Below are positions 59,808 through 64,000 of a stretch of 64,000 nucleotides of DNA, in pieces. The notes beneath the pieces are model-generated. The model did no database searches, had not been told where the DNA came from, and was given only the letters and a program-made list of their open reading frames with translations. Origin of the DNA: an uncultured Polaromonas sp. (GTDB lineage Bacteria; Pseudomonadota; Gammaproteobacteria; Burkholderiales; Burkholderiaceae_C); NCBI GenBank assembly GCA_964575005.1, contig CAZNQE010000003.1, forward strand, positions 1,991-65,990, written 5' to 3'. Each line of letters starts with the position of its first letter. The stretch's first letter is position 1. The position numbers and the translations under genes were made by a program.

Positions 59808-60623
59808 TCAGGTCTGCTGGACCAGCCTTTCCACAAAAAATTCAAGCCCGCCTGAAGCCTGGGTCACGGCGTCAAGCTGCTGCGCGGATTCGGCCAGACG
59901 CCGGAAGTCGCGGGAGCCGGCGCTGCCGGGCGCGTACTCCAGCACCGACTGGTATTTTTTAAGCGCCGACAAGATCAGCTCGTCGCTTTCAATCGTGCCC
60001 AGGTACTTGATGGTGTGGTTCAAAAAGCGCGCACACACCTGGTTGATGCGTTGAAACAAAATCTGCCCGTCCTGCTGGCTGGGCATGTTGTTGGGAATGA
60101 GGTAAATCTCGCCCAGGCCCCAGTCCTGCACCAGCACTTTGATGGTGCCGTAGGCGTCGGCAATCGAAGACGGGTCGTCGCGCACGACGATGAAGCGGCG
60201 TTGGCAGGCGGCCATGAAAGCCAGCACCGCAGGCGAGATGCCGGCGGCCATGTCGACGATCAAAAAGTCCACTTCTTCAGTCAGCGCGCTGAAGGCCTGC
60301 ACGATGCTGGCGGCCTGCACGGGGCCCAAGGCCGCCATGTCTTGCACGCCCGAGGCACCGGGCACCAGGCGCACACCGGCGCGGGTGGTGACGATGATTT
60401 CTTCGAGCGTTTTTTCGCCGCTCAGGAAGTGGCTCAGGTTGTATTCGCAGCGGGCGCCGAGTGCGATCTGCGCATTGGCCAGGCCTAAGTCGGCGTCGAG
60501 CAGCATGACGCGCTGGCCGGCCATTTGCAGCGCTACGGCCAGGTTCACGGACACCGTGGTCTTGCCGACGCCGCCTTTGCCGCTGGCGATGCCGATTACC
60601 TGTGTTCGGGAGGGCTTGATCAT
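59808..60623 (-). CDS. flhG: MinD-like flagellar number regulator FlhG/FleN
   Basis: SGKGGVGKT, DADLGLAN, DAYGTIK; lies between flhF and fliA. Confidence 0.9.
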   Translation of the reverse strand: MIKPSRTQVIGIASGKGGVGKTTVSVNLAVALQMAGQRVMLLDADLGLANAQIALGARCEYNLSHFLSGEKTLEEIIVTTRAGVRLVPGASGVQDMAALGPVQAASIVQAFSALTEEVDFLIVDMAAGISPAVLAFMAACQRRFIVVRDDPSSIADAYGTIKVLVQDWGLGEIYLIPNNMPSQQDGQILFQRINQVCARFLNHTIKYLGTIESDELILSALKKYQSVLEYAPGSAGSRDFRRLAESAQQLDAVTQASGGLEFFVERLVQQT

Positions 60624-60681
60624 TCGCTCTTTCAGGAAATATCTAGGGCTGTCAGCGTGCTGTCTGCGTGCTATCAGGGGC

Positions 60682-62094
60682 TCAGGCGGCCTGGAAGTCC
60701 AGGAAGGCGCGGGTCATGCCAGCGGCACTGTGCGTCGCCAACCAGGCGGCATCGGCTGGCGAGCCAGTCGCCGCGCCGAGCGTTGAATCCTGCTCGGCCG
60801 AGGCGCTTGCCAGCTGGTCCACACCCAGGTTCACCAGGCGCTGCACAGGGCTTGCGAGGAACAGGTCAGGTGCACCGCAGCCGTCGCTGCCGCCGGCCAA
60901 AGGCAGCGGATTATTGCTCAGAAAATGCAGCAAGGGCCAAGGCTGGGTGCATTCATCGAGCTTGCTCACCAGCAGGCTGTCCCAGGCTTGCAGCGTTGTA
61001 GCGCCGCCTGATTTTTCAGCGTTGTTCGTGAGCAGGCGAGCCAGCGTCGCGCTGGAAGCATCAGCCGGCACGACCGCATGAAATTGCGCTGCGGCATGCA
61101 CGCTACGCACTTCGGCCAGGCGCTCGGCCATCTGCACGCCGGGCGTGTCGATCAGCACCAGGCGGCGGGGCGTGAGTTCATTCAAAAGCAAAGCCAGCGT
61201 GGCTGCGTCGCTTGCCCGAAAGCAGTCCACACCCAGTTGGGCGGCCAGCATTTGCATCTGGCTCCAGGCACCGGCGCGCACGTCGTGGTAACTGATCAAG
61301 GCCACTTGCGCCGCGCCGTGCACTTGCTCGGCATGGCGGGCCAGGCGCGCGGCCATCAAGGACTTGCCTGCGCCAGAAGGGCCGGCCAGAACATGCACGC
61401 CTTGCGTGGGCAAAGCCGCGTCGGGGCGGGCCAGGGTGTGGCTGAGGACGGACTTGAAGGCGCCCAGAGCGGTGTCTTCGCTGGCGTGGTCTTGCAAGGT
61501 GTCAAGCATCAGGGCTCTCAAAGCCTGGGGCATGGGCGCCTCGCCAAGGGCGCGGGCCAGGCTGCGCACCGGCTCGGCCAGCTGCAGGCCTTGCTGCCAG
61601 CTGGCGGTCTGCTGCGTCAGGCGGAATTCACGGCGCAGGCTGGCCAGCTCGTCGCGCACCAGGTCCACGATCTCGCGGCCGCGCAGGTAGTCGCGTGCGT
61701 CCTGGGCCTTGGTCTGTGGGGCGGTAGAAACTGTAGGTGCGCTGGCCTTGAAGGTAGCTGGTTGTTCGTCGCTGGGCTCAAGCGCGTCGCTGGCGCTGGC
61801 TTTTTCGGCCTGACGCAGTGCGTCCAAAAAGTTGGCGGCTCCGCCCTTGGCTTGAAGCAGGTCGGCGCGGGGCAGGGCGGCGGTGCTGGCCGACGGCGCA
61901 GCCACCATGCCCAGCGCCGGCTGGCCGCTCAGGTCGGCCGCGTTGGCTTGGGCAGGCACGTCCAGGGCCACCACCAGTTCGGTCCGGCCGTTGACCTGGT
62001 GGTTCGAGATGATGAGCACGTCCGCGCCATACAGGGCAATCGCCTGGTCGGTGGCAGCGCGTGAGTCGCGGGCAAGGATTCGCTTGAGTTGCAT
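60682..62094 (-). CDS. flhF: SRP-type GTPase FlhF (divergent)
   Basis: N-terminal GADVLIIS; GPSGAGKS, LIDTPG, SKLDE; follows flhA. Confidence 0.85.
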   Translation of the reverse strand: MQLKRILARDSRAATDQAIALYGADVLIISNHQVNGRTELVVALDVPAQANAADLSGQPALGMVAAPSASTAALPRADLLQAKGGAANFLDALRQAEKASASDALEPSDEQPATFKASAPTVSTAPQTKAQDARDYLRGREIVDLVRDELASLRREFRLTQQTASWQQGLQLAEPVRSLARALGEAPMPQALRALMLDTLQDHASEDTALGAFKSVLSHTLARPDAALPTQGVHVLAGPSGAGKSLMAARLARHAEQVHGAAQVALISYHDVRAGAWSQMQMLAAQLGVDCFRASDAATLALLLNELTPRRLVLIDTPGVQMAERLAEVRSVHAAAQFHAVVPADASSATLARLLTNNAEKSGGATTLQAWDSLLVSKLDECTQPWPLLHFLSNNPLPLAGGSDGCGAPDLFLASPVQRLVNLGVDQLASASAEQDSTLGAATGSPADAAWLATHSAAGMTRAFLDFQAA

Positions 62095-62112
62095 GGCGTC
62101 GGCTTTTGAAAA

Positions 62113-64000
62113 TTAGTTCCGGGTCTCGGCTTGCACGGTGTGGATCACCTTGACCATCTGGTCTTCAGGAATCTCGCTGTAGGCCAGGATGGTCATGTCG
62201 TTGACGCGAAAGCGCACAGCCTTGGACATCCAGGGGCGAATCGCCGGGGACACCACCAGCACGGCGGGGTGACCAAGTTCTTCGACCGTGCGGGCGCCTT
62301 CGCGCAGTGCGCTGAAAAGGCGTTCTGACAAACCGGGTTCGAGCACCATGGTCTGGTTGCCGCTTTGTTGCAGCACGTTGTGCAGCAGTTGCTCTAAGCC
62401 CGGGTCCAGCGTGATCACGGACAGGCTGTTCTTGTCGTCCACCAGGCCTTGCACGATCATGCGGCCCAGCTTGGGACGGATGATGGACGTGAGCTGGTCC
62501 GGGTCTTGGGTGCGGGTGCAGGCTTCAGACAGCGCTTCGACGATGGTGCGCATGTCGCGGATCGACACCGACTCGCCCAGGATGTTTTGCAGCGTGCGGG
62601 TGACCACACCAAGAGACAGCTTGCCGGGCACCAGGTCTTCGACCAGCTTGGGGGATTTGACGGCCAGCTTGTCCAGCAGCTGCTGCACTTCGTCATGGCT
62701 CAAGAGGTCGGCAGCGTTGTCGCGTAGCACTTTATTGAGGTGTGTGGCCACGGCGGTGGCGGCGTCCACCACGGTGTAGCCCAGAGTGCGTGCATGGTCG
62801 CGCTGCGAAGGGTCGATCCACACGGCGTCCAGGCCAAAAGCGGGTTCTTTGCAGGCGATGCCTTCGAGCTGGCCGTAGACCTGGCCGGGGTTGATGGCCA
62901 TTTCGCGGCCCACGCGGATCTCGCCCTTGCCGCGCACCACGCCCTTGAGCACGATGTGATAAGTGTCGGGGTCTATGTTCAGGGCGTCGCGAATGCGCAC
63001 GGGTTGAATGAGAAAGCCGAGTTCGACGGAGAGTTTTTTGCGCACGCCCTTGACGCGGGCCATCAGCTGGCCGCCAGCGTCCGGGTTGACCAGCGGGATC
63101 AGGCCGTAGCCGATTTCAAGGCCGATCAAGTCCACCTGGTCTACGTCGTCCCAGTCGAGTTCTTTGGGTTGCTCAAGGCCGGTATCAGCCGCGCCAGCGG
63201 CAGCGCCAGCGCCAGATGCACCGGACGAGCCGCCTTGGCCAGTTCTGCCTGCGTTGCCTGCTTGCGGCTGGCTGCGGCGCAGGGCCATGTAGCCCATGCC
63301 GGCGCAGGCACACGCCAGCAGCAAAAACACCAGGTGCGGCATGCCGGGCACCAGGCCGAGCACGGCCATGATGCTGGCCGAGATAAAGAGAGCGCTGGGG
63401 TTGGACAGCTGGCTGGTCGCCTGCTCGGTCATGGACTCAGACGTCGTCACACGCGTGACGATGATGGCGGTGGCCAGCGACAAGAAGAGTGCTGGGATCT
63501 GCGCCACCAGGCCGTCACCGATGGTCAGCAGGGTGTAGACCCGGCCGGCTTCGCCGAACGACATGTCGTGCTGGGCCACACCAATGATCAGGCCGCCGAT
63601 CAAGTTGATGATCACGACCAGCAAGCCGGCAATCGCATCGCCGCTCACAAATTTGGAGGCACCGTCCATGGAGCCGAAGAAGTCGGACTCTTGCGAGAGT
63701 TCTTCGCGGCGCTTTTTGGCGGTTTCCTGGTCGATCACGCCGGCGTTCAAGTCCGCGTCAATCGACATTTGCTTGCCGGGCATGGCGTCCAGGGTGAATC
63801 GGGCGTTCACTTCTGACACGCGGCCGGCACCCTTGGTCACCACCACGAAGTTGATGATCATCAGGATGGCAAAAATGATGAAGCCCACCATGTAGTTGCC
63901 GCCAATGATGATGTGGCCGAAGGCCTCAACCACCTTGCCAGCGGCGTCTTCGCCCTCATGGCCGTTGACCAGAATCACGCGGGTCGAGGCCACGTTCAGG
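62113..64000 (-). CDS. flhA: Flagellar export gate FlhA (5' end outside the window)
   Basis: ARFTLDAMPGKQMSIDADLNAG, FFGSMDGASKFV, IGDGLVAQIP, LAYSEIP. Confidence 0.96.
   Translation of the reverse strand, partial: LNVASTRVILVNGHEGEDAAGKVVEAFGHIIIGGNYMVGFIIFAILMIINFVVVTKGAGRVSEVNARFTLDAMPGKQMSIDADLNAGVIDQETAKKRREELSQESDFFGSMDGASKFVSGDAIAGLLVVIINLIGGLIIGVAQHDMSFGEAGRVYTLLTIGDGLVAQIPALFLSLATAIIVTRVTTSESMTEQATSQLSNPSALFISASIMAVLGLVPGMPHLVFLLLACACAGMGYMALRRSQPQAGNAGRTGQGGSSGASGAGAAAGAADTGLEQPKELDWDDVDQVDLIGLEIGYGLIPLVNPDAGGQLMARVKGVRKKLSVELGFLIQPVRIRDALNIDPDTYHIVLKGVVRGKGEIRVGREMAINPGQVYGQLEGIACKEPAFGLDAVWIDPSQRDHARTLGYTVVDAATAVATHLNKVLRDNAADLLSHDEVQQLLDKLAVKSPKLVEDLVPGKLSLGVVTRTLQNILGESVSIRDMRTIVEALSEACTRTQDPDQLTSIIRPKLGRMIVQGLVDDKNSLSVITLDPGLEQLLHNVLQQSGNQTMVLEPGLSERLFSALREGARTVEELGHPAVLVVSPAIRPWMSKAVRFRVNDMTILAYSEIPEDQMVKVIHTVQAETRN

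Noticed and set aside
160-63895. Many long antisense or alternate-frame ORFs (e.g. 160-1110, 16037-17095, 36346-37638, 40981-42627, 49424-50725)
   Set aside because: They overlap well-supported genes on the other strand, have no recognisable motifs, and are expected shadows in high-GC coding DNA.
21017-64000. Prophage, ICE or IS element inserted at tRNA-Lys
   Set aside because: No integrase, transposase or phage gene, and no repeat of the tRNA 3' end was seen in the window.

Overview
GC-rich betaproteobacterial DNA (Comamonadaceae-like, inferred from gene content and order) in three parts. (1) 1-21064 is housekeeping: a partial GST, trhO, panE, two yebC paralogues, upp, purD-hemF-nadD-rsfS-rlmH-maf-rng, msbA, tolB-pal-cpoB, tcdA and tRNA-Lys. 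(2) 21121-56380 is a dense signalling region. It holds an H-NOX / PAS-GGDEF-EAL / HlyD / PilZ-GT2 glucan-synthase gene run and five paralogous chemoreceptors sharing an unusual EVGKLA tip. It also holds a ~15 kb che-like operon that starts with a receiver-adenylate cyclase. Nearby are a protein with eukaryotic class I cyclic-nucleotide phosphodiesterase motifs and a tandem cNMP-binding protein. (3) 56542-64000 is flagellar: motB, motA, fliS, fliA, flhG, flhF and partial flhA. The best candidate for an undescribed system is a self-contained chemosensory-to-cAMP circuit (cyclase, class I-like PDE, tandem-CNB effector). Second is an NO-to-c-di-GMP-to-beta-glucan module. All calls come from motifs read by eye; no database searches were run.
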